DNA of 64,000 bases from Octopus vulgaris (lineage: Eukaryota). A program made the position numbers and the translations under genes. The notes under the pieces were generated by a model. It was not told the DNA's origin, made no database searches, and saw only the letters and a list, made by a program, of their open reading frames with translations. The stretch lies in contig OX597816.1 in NCBI GenBank assembly GCA_951406725.2, forward strand, positions 159,402,001 through 159,466,000, read 5' to 3'. The first letter of the stretch is position 1. Every line of letters starts with the position of its first letter. This document shows positions 1-12,456 of this stretch, piece by piece.

Positions 1-500
1 GATTGTCCCATTAGCCTGGCGCGGACTGTCCCACCTGGGTACTAGAGTCACACTTCTTCCGCGGAAATGGTGTTTGGTGCCCCTCTTACAGTGCCAGTAG
101 AGTTCCTTCCGAACACAAAGTCAGACCCAGATGTCAAAAGGTATCTCACGCAACTGAGAGACAGTGTGGTCTAGTTGCGTCCTATTCCATGTCCACACAC
201 AGTACACCTAAAACATCCGTACCAAATTACCTCCACACGGCTAAGTTCGTGTTCGTTCGACGTGACACACGACAAAAACCCCTCCAGTCCCCCTACGATG
301 GCCCATATGAAGTCATATGTCCGGGAGACAAATCGTTCAAACTCCTAATTGGTAGGCAAGACACAGTTTCCATCGATAGATTGAAACCGGTCTGTCTCAA
401 TATTGACAACCCCGTCCAAGTAGCTCAACCACCAAACAGGGTCGCCCCAGGCAAATCACACCAGTCCTTGGCAAAGAACAGTCACCAAAGAGCCGAGTGA
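1..500 (+). mobile_element. Gypsy/Ty3 LTR retrotransposon, decayed integrase C-terminus
   Basis: Translates to SSAEMVFGAPLTVPVEF and FVFVRRD..KPLQSPYDGPYEV..DTVSIDRLKP (GPY/F motif); in-frame stop near 172; followed by a PPT and LTR. Confidence 0.85.
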
Positions 501-575
501 CGACATGCACGGGCAGGGCAGTTAAAACGCCTTCCCGGTTCCAATGACAGTCAACAGTTCTGTGGAGGAGGTATA

Positions 576-869
576 TGTAGGGCACTGCCCAAGGATTTAT
601 AATGGACGAACTGTAGACAGGAACTTCGCTGCGGGCTAGCTAGGGAACTGGTCTGCAGCAAAGTGGACTTCCTGTTAAGCGGACTTCTACGAAACAGGAG
701 TTGACTGGCGGCTGTCGTCCACATGTGTTTAATTAAATAAATTTGTCATTTATACATTCTGGGTCTCCGTTAATTTTTTTGTGTATAGCTTAGCTAAAGC
801 TATATTAGTCTCCAAACTCAAACTCCATTTGGGCTAAACACAACCCCCTCTTTCCAGTGACATCCTACA
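576..869 (+). mobile_element. 3' LTR of the Gypsy element
   Basis: Purine tract GGAGGAGG (564-571) just upstream; termini TGTAGG...CCTACA form a 6-bp inverted repeat; internal AATAAA near 736. Confidence 0.8.
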
Positions 870-908
870 CACACTTTTTTTAAAAACATTTTAATTTTAT
901 TTTTAAAA

Positions 909-1926
909 CTAGCAGTATCGCCCGGCGTTGCTCGGGTTTGTAAGGGAAATAACTATATAAGCATTTTTAGTGAGTTATAGCAAAAAAATAGCAAAAAATG
1001 CATTAAAAATGGAATAAAAAATGATGGTAATTTTTTTTTAAATCGTTGACTCATCGTAGACATTTTTAGAGAGTTACTTCCCTTATATAATAGCGAAAAA
1101 TGCATTAAAATGGAATAAAAAATGATGGTAATTTTTTTTTTAATCGTTGACTCGTCGTAGACATTTTTAGAGAGTTACTTCCCTTATATAATAGCGAAAA
1201 ATGCATTAAAATGGAATAAAAAATGATGGTAAATTTTTTTTAAAATCGTAGACTCATCGTAGACGCGCACTAATACCCAGAAGGGCTCGATATGAATCAC
1301 GACTATAAGATACCCGGTTTTGGTTACACTGCACCGCAAAATGTGTGAGTAGTTAGGAATCTAAATCGTAGGAGACAGACACACAACCTTACTTTTATAT
1401 ATAAAGACCTGTGCAACAACTAAAACATTCGGTTGTGCAAATTGTTTGCACAGGAAACCTGCCCTGTGTGGCGGTAATTGCCGTTTTTGTGGATCTGTTT
1501 CAGCTTTTTTAGCGATTTCTGTTTTGGCGACTTCAAGCCATGAAGTCGTTGTTCTAAAAGAACGCTGGTGTCCTTGACAACGCTTTACGACGTTGATTTC
1601 CTTACACTCCCTTCCCACAGCTTCACGAGGGAGGGAAGAAGGGGGAGAAGCAACACAGGTGCAGATGTGAGCGTGGACGCCAACTCCGCCGCCATCGACA
1701 CACGAAAAAATATGCATTAAAATGGAATAAAAAATTATGTTAAATTATTTTAAAAATCGTAGACTCATCGTAGACGCGCGCTAATACACAGACGGGCTTG
1801 ATATGAATCACGACTATAAGATACCCGAATTTGGTTAAACTGCACCGCAAAATGTGGGAGTAGTTAGGAATCTAAATCGAAGGGGACAGACACTCACACA
1901 ACTACAGTTTTATATATATAGATAGA
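909..1926 (-). mobile_element. Non-autonomous Helitron with duplicated 5' module
   Basis: Minus strand starts TC(TA)n and ends CTAG with a GC hairpin (921-936) about 8 nt from the 3' end; inserted between A and T; same termini at 63326-63663. Confidence 0.75.
993..1265. repeat. About 102-bp tandem repeat, roughly 2.7 copies, inside the Helitron
   Basis: Unit AAAATGCATTAAAATGGAATAAAAAATGATGGTAA...CTCATCGTAGAC recurs near 994, 1097, 1198 and again near 1710. Confidence 0.9.
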
Positions 1927-2195
1927 TATTAAAAAAACAAATTCATTTTAATTTTGGATTTTTATTTTTTATTTTCTATCCTTCATTTTCACGTTATTTT
2001 TCAGTTTCTATCCATCACACACACCAATATACAAAGCTTGAATCCCACCCCAATATAATATATAGACACATACCGCACACACATACCCATTGATTTGGTC
2101 TGACATGTACAAATAGAACCAACACACACGTAATATACACACATACGCGCAGACATGCATACATGCACATACACACACACACACACACACATATA

Positions 2196-2233
<38 letters not shown>

Positions 2234-2304
2234 TAAATAAAACATATGCATATATATAAACATATATGTACGTACCTACCTCTGCATGTACATATACACG
2301 CACA

Positions 2305-2470
2305 TATGAATACAGGACACCAAAAAACGTCGAACACAATGAGAAACGAAAACATAGACACAAACACAAGGAACTGGACATTTTTCTTAAACAACAAAAA
2401 AGAGTACAGGACAAATAACACAAGGAAAAAACCCCTTCTTCAGTCGCCATGGTTTCATCTACTCTACGTA
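2305..2470 (-). mobile_element. Probable Penelope-like pseudo-LTR 3' fragment
   Basis: Short unique block between microsatellites, T-rich on the minus strand; same style as blocks at 22425-22715 and 28407-28505; compositional evidence only. Confidence 0.35.
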
Positions 2471-2498
2471 TATATATACACTCACACAAGCACTCATG

Positions 2499-2530
<32 letters not shown>

Positions 2531-2670
2531 CACACACATTCCCTCTCCGTCATACGCACACAGCCACACACAGCCATTCACACATATTTCATCTCCTTCG
2601 ACTAAGACAAACATCAGCTACTAACCTGCTCGTTGACTCATACGTACAAACACGCACGCACACACGCACG

Positions 2671-2741
<71 letters not shown>

Positions 2742-2745
<4 letters not shown>

Positions 2746-3390
2746 GACATTTTCACAATCTCTTGTCCCCAAACCACTTTCTCTATCTCTTTCCACTTAC
2801 AGTCACTTCAGCAATATACCTACACACCTGCTGTTGGCGATTTATTTTCCTTCTTTGGACTTTTCCCTTCCTCCTTTCCAACCAAGAGCTATGCTCGAAA
2901 CGTCAAAAACACTCTCTTTTTTACTGAGCGTCAAACTAGTACATTCCTTGAGAGGCGGTTGGATGGAACCTACACTCGCCTCCTTATGAGAGCTCAAAAT
3001 CTCTCGTGGAAGCGCCATCCAACCAAAATGCAAATATATGGGAAACTACCACCTGTGTCATCTCTTGTGAAAGGTAGGAGAGTCCAGTTTGCTGGACATT
3101 GTTGTAGAGCTGAAAAAGAAGTAATTTCTACTCTTCTCCTCTGGAAGCCATCTACTCGCAATACCAGAGGGCGCACACTCTCCTACCCTGATGTAATCTC
3201 CAGGGATACAGGCATCCAGCAACAGGACCTCCGTAATGACATGATGGACCGTGAAGTCTGGCGTAGCATGGTAAATTCCATTGTCTCGACCACGGTCGAA
3301 CAATGATGATGACATTCCTTGTGAATACATTCCTTGTGCACGTCCTCTTGTCAGTTAATTTTATTATTCGTTTATATGAATTGACTATAT
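2742..3390 (+). mobile_element. Penelope-like pseudo-LTR with degenerate hammerhead, interrupted by an RTE insertion
   Basis: CCAACCA-A-GAGC-TAT-GCTC-GAAA-CGTC at 2878-2904; downstream CTGAGCGTC..CACGTCCT matches the reverse complement of 28450-28487. Confidence 0.55.
2951..3311 (+). mobile_element. 5'-truncated RTE/RTEX-like LINE 3' end with TSD
   Basis: Open C-terminus LDGTYTRLLMRAQNLSWKRH..RRVQFAGHCCR..DREVWR; (TGA)n tail; 10-bp TSD ACATTCCTTG at 2941-2950 and 3312-3321. Confidence 0.85.
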
Positions 3391-3399
3391 GCTTTTACA

Positions 3400-3808
3400 C
3401 TTTTATTTGTTTTAGTCATTTGACTGCGGCCATGCTGGAGCACTGCCTTTAGTCGAAAAAAATCGACCCCAAGACTTATTCTTTGTAAGTCTACTACTTA
3501 TTCTATCGGTCTCTTTTGTCGAACCGCTAAGTTACGGGAACGTAAACACAGTATCGGTTGTCAAGTGTTGCTGGGGGGACAAACACACACACACACACAC
3601 AAACAAACATACATACATACATACATACATACATGTGTGTGTGTGTATACGACGGGCTTCTTTCAGTTTCCGTCTACTAGATCCACTCGCAAGGCTTTGG
3701 TCGACCCGAGGCTATAGTAGAAGACACTTGCCAAAGGTGCTACGCAGTGGGACTGAACTCGGAACCACGTGGTTGGTAAGCAAGCTATTTACCACACAGC
3801 ACTCCTGC

Positions 3809-3809
<1 letters not shown>
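3400..3809 (-). mobile_element. tRNA-derived SINE family A (head GGCGCAGGAGTGGCTGTGTGGTAAG)
   Basis: A/B-box-like head, CCTTGGGCAAG core, internal microsatellite; more than 10 copies in the window. Confidence 0.9.
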
Positions 3810-3844
<35 letters not shown>

Positions 3845-3847
3845 GTG

Positions 3848-3906
<59 letters not shown>

Positions 3907-3907
3907 C

Positions 3908-4371
3908 CATAAGGAAATGGTGGGGTTCAATAGGTGGTTCATCAACTTTTAGATATTATATTATGTTAACTTATTTATTTACTAAAATGACAATTACAAG
4001 AATATACATACATGTATAACATATTATGCTTTACATATAAAAATATATTAATATATAAAGATACCAGTAATTATTAAAATATAACATACAGGAATATAAA
4101 TTGGGAAAATAACTTACAGCTGTTTCAGCCAAGAGGTAAAAATACCTCATGCTACCTTTATTCCTCCAGCAGACTGAAGTAATAAGTAGATGAAATTGAG
4201 GTACTTGGTTGTTACTTTATAAAGTACATAAGGTTACGTTATAAATAAAGCATAATATGTTATACATGTATGTATATTCTTGTAATTGTCATTTTAGTAA
4301 ATAAATAAGTTGACATAATATAATGTCTAAAAGTTGATGAACCACCTATTGATCCCCTCCATTTTCTTATG
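3908..4371. repeat. About 125-bp inverted repeat (3908-4033 / 4246-4371), probable inverted PLE pair
   Basis: Arms near-identical by eye; spacer holds GAAACAGCTGTA on the minus strand (4115-4126). Confidence 0.85.
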
Positions 4372-4533
4372 TAATTGTAAAATATCTCTTTACCTTCACC
4401 CATTTAGTACATTCGGTAATGTAATTGCAATGCAATAAAAAACACTTGTGTATTAATAATTGGGTATTCTACCAGTAGTATATTGGGTAGATATTATCCC
4501 TTAGTTGGTTGGAATCATAACCTCTAACTTTCT

Positions 4534-4600
<67 letters not shown>

Positions 4601-5346
4601 TGTATGTATGTATGTATGTATGTATGTATGTATTGTGTATGTAGTGACTTCATTTAGGCATGGAGTAGATTCAAACCTGAATCTGTCAATTTCCCTTAAC
4701 ATTGCAGTAGCATTTTTCTCACAGAAAAACAATAGTCGACAGGTGTTACATTCAACATATGGCTTTGCCAAGTCAATTTATGTATTTTCAGCTTAACACT
4801 TGACCTTTAATATGCCATCTAAAGTTGAAATTAAATAAGGGCGACCTGCATCGAACGAAGCTATTGTTATCAACAATATGTATCTCTTTCTAGCTAGCCT
4901 GCATAATTATAAATACTAAAATTCCGTAAGGAAAAGTTAGTTGGTGAACAGAGACGACCGGAGACGGACAGAGACGGACAGCAACGGGAGGCTGACGGCG
5001 GAACAAACTTCCTTCTACTCTCTCACTTTCACAAGCTCATCTTTCTCTTCTGACAAACATCACTCTATCACTAACTTTGGCTTACTACTACAACTGACAA
5101 GAACACATACACACTTATACAAGGGAAAAATTAACTCTCAATTATATGCTACACAACTACCCGTCGAGGCATGGCTTTACATTAAGTAGCGTAAATAAAA
5201 TTAGGGAGTTAACATCAACTTCTACCATTTTTCTTCTTACACATCTGCAACATCAACACCCGTTACATTTTGATAACAATTCAAAACGAACTCTAACATT
5301 TACCCGTTACAATTGGTAACCTCCTCCGACTCCCAAAATTATACTG

Positions 5347-5422
<76 letters not shown>

Positions 5423-5815
5423 CTGAAAGTGAAAGAATGAATTAATGAGATTGAAAAACTAGTAATTTTATTGTGAATCAGCACTGATTATACCAGATTA
5501 TTGCCTGATAGTCCGTATTAGTGAAATGAAGCTTAATACGTCCATAGCTAACATACATAAATGTCGTTGTGTGGTAAATACACACAATATGTAGGCATGT
5601 TTAACCAATTAATGAGGTATAAAGACTGAATAACTAGTAAATTTTGTTATTACTAACCCATTTAAAACCATTCTGCGGACACAGCTTCTGGGTGATTCTG
5701 TCAATCGAAACTTGTTTTGAATACGTCCATTCAGATAAGCAGTTTTTACAGGTGCAAAATGGTATTTCAGCACTCACTTCCATAACAAAACAACAACAAC
5801 AACAATAATAATAAT

Positions 5816-6260
5816 CCTATGGGATTTTATGATTCAGTGCGACCATGAGATGGAGAACAGGAAACCAGACATAGTGTTAATTGAGAAAGAAAGCAAACTA
5901 TGCTGGATAATAGATATAGCATGCCCAGCTGACAGCAAGGTATGCGATAAAGAAGAAAGAAAAGTCGACAGATATAACAGGTTAGCTTGGGAGGTTAAGC
6001 AGTTGTGGTCGATGAAAAAGGTAGTAGTACCAATAATCGTCGGAGTCCTGAGAACAGTGAGTAAAAATCTTGAGAAGTACATGGAACAAATAGGGGCTGC
6101 AATAAGGGTGGAGCACTTGCAGAAAATAGTACTACTTGGAACTGCTCGAATACTCCGGATGGTGCTCGAAAAATAAGGGGTGTCACCTTAGTCCACTAGT
6201 AGTGAACAGTTGGCACCGTAGTACATCTCCAGCGGTAGAAGCTGTGCAAAGACAACAGCA
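5816..6260 (+). mobile_element. R4/Dong-like LINE 3' fragment (REL endonuclease)
   Basis: ORF 5829-6176 KPDIVLIEK..IIDIACP..KVDRY..LQK..LLGTARILR (PD-(D/E)xK); starts right after (CAA)n(TAA)n. Confidence 0.85.
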
Positions 6261-7290
6261 AATTCCGGAATTAGACATAGTAGAAACAAGCGCAGAAAAA
6301 GCTAAGCGCATGAAAACCCGTGCTAAAACTGCGGCCTTAGATATTTTGACTGATAAATGGCAAGAAAAACCTCCCTATGGCAAATACCCTAAGAGAGCGA
6401 AGAATGCAGATATTGACAAAGCCCTTACTCATCAATGGCTAATGGCTTCTGGCTTAAAATCTAAAACAGAAGGGTTTATCATAGCAACCCAAAATCAATG
6501 CCTACCTACAATGAACTACCAGGCCAACATATTAAAGAACGGCAGCTTCCCAACGTGTCGTGTATGTCAACAACAAAATGAAACCATTGATCATGTTGTC
6601 TCCATGTACAGACTTCTTGCGCCTACAGAGTATCTCAATAGGCATGATAGAGCTGCACAATACATTCGCTGGGTAATTTGCAAAAACCTGGGCGCGACAT
6701 GTTAAAACTGGGGGGAACACAAACCACTTCCAGTGCTTGAGAATGATCACATGGATCCTCTGGAACTTCAACTGACAGAAAGATAAATGCAAATAGGCCA
6801 GACATCATATTGAAAGACTTTTGGCAAAAATCATGCCTCCTCATTGATATGACTGTCCCAATCGATATAAACATATCTGTCAAGACCTACCAAAAACTGT
6901 GCAAGTATAAAGATCTTGAAATAGAAATTAGTAAAATGTGGAACCTGAAGACTAAAACAATACCTGTTGTCATAAGTGCCCTGGGAAGGATAGGAAAAGG
7001 TGCTGATTGCTACCTAGCTCAGATACCAGGTAACTCCAAAATGGCAGAAATTCAAAAGATAGTGCTCATGGGAACTGCCCATATCCCAAGCAAAATACTT
7101 TCTATGTAATCTCAAGATTTAAAACAAACACATCATTTTCTTATGGTTTCTTAAACATTCTCTAGAACAACACTATGTACAAAACCAAATATATGGCATC
7201 CTAGGCATAACACCAGCGTGAACTTCTAACTTGTCTCTTGAGGTCTCTGGGTGAGATTTGTACAAATGTAAAGCAAAAGTCAAACATAAA

Positions 7291-7295
<5 letters not shown>
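6261..7295 (+). mobile_element. R4/Dong-like LINE, 5'-truncated (CCHC + REL), frameshifted
   Basis: EGFIIA.Q.Q.L.T.NY, CRVC..ETIDHV, RHD, NRPDII, IDMTVP, K..KY.DL motifs; ends in (TAA)n. Confidence 0.9.
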
Positions 7296-7321
<26 letters not shown>

Positions 7322-7349
7322 TAGTCCGCGCAGTACGGATATAAAATGT

Positions 7350-8790
7350 TTGATAAAAATATAAATCATCTCATTTACATGGATGATAATTAAAGCTTTT
7401 TGCAAAAAATGACCAACAACACAAGGGCTTACTAGCGATTTTCAAACAATTCAGTGACGACATCAGAATGCAATTTGGCCTCGATAAATGTGCAAAAGCT
7501 GCCTTTATCAAAGGAAAAATGACAGAAGCATCTAACGTTAACCTTGACCAGCAGAATGTCATAAAAAAATTAGACCCAGCGGAGAGCTACAAGTACCTAG
7601 GGGTAATTGAAGGGGACGGAATAAGGCATTCAGAGATGAAAGAAAGGATCAGGAGAGAATGTTATCGAAGAGTGAGAGCAATACTCAAGACAGAGCTGAA
7701 TGCAAGAAACAGGATCGAAGCGATCAATGCATTAGCCATACCAGTCGTGACTTACAGTTTCAATATCGTTAACTGGTCAATTACTGAAATATGTCAGCTT
7801 GACAGAAAAATACGAAAACTGTTGACAATGCATAGAATGCACCACCCCAAGGCAGATACAGAACGACTTTATCTGCCAAGAAAAGAGGGAGGCCGTGGTC
7901 TTTTACAACTGGCAATAACAATGAAGATTGCTACAATTGGCCTAGACACCTACCTGAAAAAGTCTGAGGACTGGATGTTAAAACTTGTCTCAAAACATGA
8001 AAACAAGAAAGCATCATACTCAGTAAAAAACAGGCAAAGGAATATCTAAGTGAATTCCGAATACAACAAACTTCGGGATTAGAGATAGACATACAAGAAA
8101 CATGCACAGAAAAAGCTAAGCACATGAAAACCCGTGCTAAAACTGCGACCTTAGATATTCTGAATGATAAATGGCAAGAAAAACCTCTCTATGGCAAATA
8201 CCCAAAGAGAGCGAAGAATGCAGATATTGACAAAGCCCTGACCCATCAATGGCTAATGGCCTCTGGCTTAAAATCTGAAACAGAAGGGTTTATCATAGCA
8301 GCTCAAGATCAATGCCTACCAACAAGAAACTACCAGGCCAACATACTAAAGAACGGCAGTAGCCCAACATGTCGTGTATGTCGACAACAAAATGAAAACA
8401 TTGATCATGTTGTCTCCAAGTGCAGTCTTCTTGCGCCTACAGAGTATCTCAACAGGCATGATAGAGCTGCACAATATACCTAACTCAGATACCATGAAAC
8501 CCCAAAATGGCAGAAATTCAAAAGATAGTGCTCATGGGAACTGCTCATATCCGACGCAAAATACTCTCTATGTAATCTCAAGGTTTAAAACAAACAATTT
8601 TTTTTTCTTTTTTCTTTTTTTAAAAATTTATTTATTAGACATTCACTAGTACAACACCAAAAAAAAAAAAAAACAATTATATGGCACACAAGGCATAACA
8701 ACAAAGTGAACTTCCAACCTGTTGTCTCTTGAGGTCTCTGGGTGAGACTTGGAGCCAACTTGTACAAACATAAAGCAAAAGTCAAACATA

Positions 8791-8795
<5 letters not shown>
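7350..8795 (+). mobile_element. R4/Dong-like LINE with RT C-terminal half, internally deleted
   Basis: HLIYMDD near 7368, FGLDKCA, YKYLGVIE, RLYLPRKEGGRGL, CRVC..H..C; the REL region is deleted near 8480; near-identical to 6261-7295; (TAA)n tail. Confidence 0.9.
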
Positions 8796-8836
<41 letters not shown>

Positions 8837-8837
<1 letters not shown>

Positions 8838-9374
8838 GCCCTGATGTAGTACCAGGCAGTGGCTCTCATGGCTTCTGATCTTAACTGATTGGAAGTGTTA
8901 TCATGTACATTGTCTTGTCTTGGTATAAAAGATGGGCTACAGCAAATATTCTGCTCAATACCACAGATTTGTTTGTCAGTTGTTTGACCTTAACCAGTTG
9001 AGCATGTCCCTTAGTGGCTGATGATATGTACATCTCTGATCACGAGCAGAAGTAGTGGGGGAGCATCATAATCATGTGTTGAGAGGGATTCTTTGGGGTT
9101 TGAATAATTCACCTCTGGAAACATGGGTGTTTCGTTCAATATCCATAAACAACCCTTATTCAAGTACCTTTTGAGCGGGATGGGTTACTCGACCAGAAGA
9201 AAAACCTAACTGGCTCCCCCCACCTGCAAGGTCATGTGCTGTTTATCTTGATATGAGATCACCATGTCGCGCACATATGGTTCTGATGCATGTACCCTTA
9301 TCAGACGGGTAGTCATGATGGGTATACTGGGCTTCGTATATTTTACCCTAGTGGCATGCACTGCTCTCTCATTC

Positions 9375-9376
<2 letters not shown>
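8837..9376 (+). mobile_element. Non-coding ~540-bp element bounded by (TAA)n (3' UTR or non-autonomous partner of a Dong-like LINE)
   Basis: (TAA)n on both sides; 9275-9345 recurs inverted at 38350-38427 next to (TTA)n. Confidence 0.6.
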
Positions 9377-9444
<68 letters not shown>

Positions 9445-9455
9445 TTAATAATAAT

Positions 9456-9565
9456 GGAGAGAGAGAATGGAAGACCCGGATGATAATGGGTACAAGCACC
9501 TTGAGATCCTGGAGCTGGACAATATCTTACATAAAGAAATGAAAGACAAGGTTATCAGTGTAATA
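9456..9565 (+). mobile_element. Small decayed RT fragment of a REL LINE
   Basis: GYKHLEILELDNILHKEMKDK resembles YKYLGVIEGDGIRHSEMKE near 7590; follows (TAA)n. Confidence 0.55.
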
Positions 9566-9925
9566 TTTCAAGCGCAGTAAGTAAAGAATTGACCAGCTTA
9601 AACCAACCACCTACTTTTGTAAAATAATGTTGACACGTACATTTGCTAAGGGCCTAAATACTGGACATTACCAACATTAACAAAAATTCTGTCACACCTT
9701 GTGCATACCCAACAAAAGAGAAACACATACGGGCTTATTTACTTAGTTCTACATGCATGAATAAATTCTAAACAATAGCACAACCCCAAATTTAATCATT
9801 TTTTCTTCAAAACACCTTTCCATAACAACCAACCATGAAAACTTAATTACCACCCCACTCAAACCCACAAATATGAATTTTACTCCACAGAGGCTATATA
9901 AAGGCAAGTCTAACTCTACTGGATC

Positions 9926-9970
9926 GCAGTCCGACGATGGCTTAGCTGGCCAAAACTTCGAAGTCACTGT
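9926..9970 (+). ncRNA. Degenerate minimal type I hammerhead motif (PLE-type)
   Basis: GCAGT-CCGACGA-T-GGC..GCC-AAAA-CTTCGAAG-TC-ACTGT: stems I, II and palindromic III are present, with core changes U4C and G12A. Confidence 0.55.
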
Positions 9971-10825
9971 CAACATCAACATTCTTGTACAAGAATAATA
10001 AATTCGCATTCAACAAAAGTATAGAGCAATCCATCAGATTAATGTAAAATTGTTTTTATTGTAAACGAACATAAAAACAAACATTAATGTGTGTGTGTGT
10101 GTATATGTGTGTATGTATGTATGTATGTATGTATGTATGTATGTATTTATGTATGTATGTATGCATGCATGCATGTATGTATGTATGTATGTATGTTTGT
10201 ATGTATGCATGCATGCATGCATGCATGTATGTATGTATGTTTGTATGTATGTATGTATGTATGTATGTGGTTTGTTTTCGCCCTCATAACTTAGCGATTT
10301 GACAAAAGAGGCCAATAGTATAAGTAGCCGGTTTAAAAAAAATAAGAGCTGGGTTCGATTTGTGGGCGACTAAACCTTTTTAAAGCAGTAGTCCAGCATG
10401 GGCACAGTCACGGTCAAAGAAGTCAAAGATGAAACACAAAGATAAAGTCCTCCATGTTTATAAAAAAGAGGAAATAGGAATCGAAACCCTGAATGCAGAA
10501 TTTACTCCACAGTGTTTGATGCCTTATCTTGGATCTTCAGCTACCAATGGAGTCGTATGGGAGCTGTTGTGACAAATTGAATGCCAGTGGTCTTCATTTG
10601 TCGCAGTTGTGTTCCAGGACTTGGCTCTCCGTAACACACAATGAAGAAACACTTTGGCATTGCACTCTCCCTATCGTTGAACGACACGTGGACGAGATGT
10701 CTCAAAGTCTCTATAAATTGTTATGTATGTATGTATGTATGTATGTATGTATGTATGTATGTATGTATGTATGTATGTATGTATTTATGTATGTATGTAT
10801 GTATGTATGTATGTATGTATGTATG

Positions 10826-10932
10826 TACTATGTCATTATTCAGTTTTATTTCAAGATTTCTTGCCAATAGAGAAGAGCTGCTTTCTACCTAGATCAACGG
10901 TTCCTTCATTTGAATTTTAACATCAACAAGGT
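10826..10932 (-). mobile_element. ~110-bp retroelement 3' end with (TACA)n tail
   Basis: Minus strand ends AATAAAACTGAATAATGACA-(TACA)n; copies at 12286-12390, 46070-46172, 47040-47150 and 47160-47262. Confidence 0.75.
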
Positions 10933-10992
10933 ATTTTTGTATGTATGTATGTATGTATGTATGTATGTATGTATGTATGTATGTATGTATGT

Positions 10993-11640
10993 GTCAGGTC
11001 ACTTTCGAGTGCTATTGATAACATGTAATCCAGTACAACCTGTTGCATGGTCGGGTCGTCGGCAACTAAACCGGCAACCCCACCAAGCTTGCTTAGTGAG
11101 GAGGGTGTTTATTGGACACCCTGCGGGATGAAAAACAAAACCCGTCAAAGTGCGGAGGAACTCTTGAGAGTCAACGACCATCCAATAAATGTCTTAAGGC
11201 TGTATCATGCGCGGGGACATAGAAATAATCGAACTGAATACCCGATCGCGCGGTTAAACCATTGGGAGTGAAGGACTGCCTTTGTTAGGGCATCCTTCTA
11301 TTAGAAGGTAACTCAGGTAGATGGGAGTAACTCCGACATAAAACCTGCGGCTCAGTGGTTACCGATGATGTTGACTTGTTCTTCTTTTCGGATTATGGCT
11401 GCTGTTGCTTAGTGAGTGGGATTGACTCAGTGCACAGCCTTTCCTCACTTAAAAAAAATCTTCTTGCACAGGCATTGCACGATAACAACATTGTTCATGA
11501 TTGTTGATGGTGCTGTGAGTCTCAACTGAATGGCTGGCTGTAGCCTTAAAAAGCAAATAAAAGTCACATTTGATCACAGCACCAATAACAGTTAAGCTTC
11601 GTGCAATGGCCCTACTCGATAACGAGGGGGCAGCCATCAT
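10993..11640 (-). mobile_element. ~650-bp non-coding element embedded in (TACA)n
   Basis: Closely related copy in opposite orientation at 46190-46743 with matching ends, shorter by ~100 bp internally; strand inferred from the tail. Confidence 0.75.
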
Positions 11641-11789
11641 GTATCCATGCATGCATGTATGTATGTATGTATGTATGTATGTATGTATGTATGTATGTAT
11701 GTATGTATGTATGTATGTATGTATGTATGTATGTATGTATGTATGTATGTATGTATGTATGTATGTATGTATGTATGTATGTATGTATA

Positions 11790-12160
11790 GGTTATAGGTT
11801 AGAGACAGGTGTTCTCTATATAGAAGACACTTCGGAGTGCTCAAGAGATTAGAACTTGAGCAGGTAGAGGAGTAAATGTAAGGACAGGCAAGTGAGGCAA
11901 ATTGATTTACATAGAAAATTAAATACATTTAACACAAGAAATGTACATATGTATGAATAGAAAATAGTCCAACTTACACAGAATATAAATGATATCAGGA
12001 GTTACATGGGCTGAGTTTTCCGAGTCCAACAGCTGCTTCTGAGGCTTGGTGGTCTGGAATAATGATAGTTACTTGGTTCCATTATCGGATAACTCCGCTT
12101 CCTTCTTCAGGGCAGAATTTTACATTTCAGGTGTTGACAGGATGGAGTTTAAAGATAGAA
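11790..12160 (-). mobile_element. PLE-like fragment with long-stem-II hammerhead-like motif (12024-12114)
   Basis: Minus strand CTGAAGA-AGG...CCT-CA-GAAGCAGCTGTT-GGAC. Confidence 0.5.
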
Positions 12161-12456
12161 TATGTACGTACGTATGTATGTATGTATGTATGTATGTATG
12201 TATGTATGTATGTATGTATGTATGTATGTATGTATGTATGTATGTATGTATGTATGTATGTATGTATGTATTTATGTATGTATGTATGTCATTATTCAGT
12301 TTTATTTCAATATTTCTGGTCAATAGACAAAGAGCCAGTTTTTAACCTAGATCCAAGGTTCCTTCATTGGAATTTCAACATCAACAGGCTATGTATGTAT
12401 GTATGTATGTATGTATGTATGTATGTATGTATGTATGTATGTATGTATGTATGTAT

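Noticed and set aside
2449-3306. 285-aa ORF as a host gene
   Set aside because: Chance fusion of (CA)n, a PLE-like fragment and an RTE 3' end.
4860-5350. Solo LTR
   Set aside because: It ends in GTTACA-like motifs, but I found no matching TG start, TSD or second copy.
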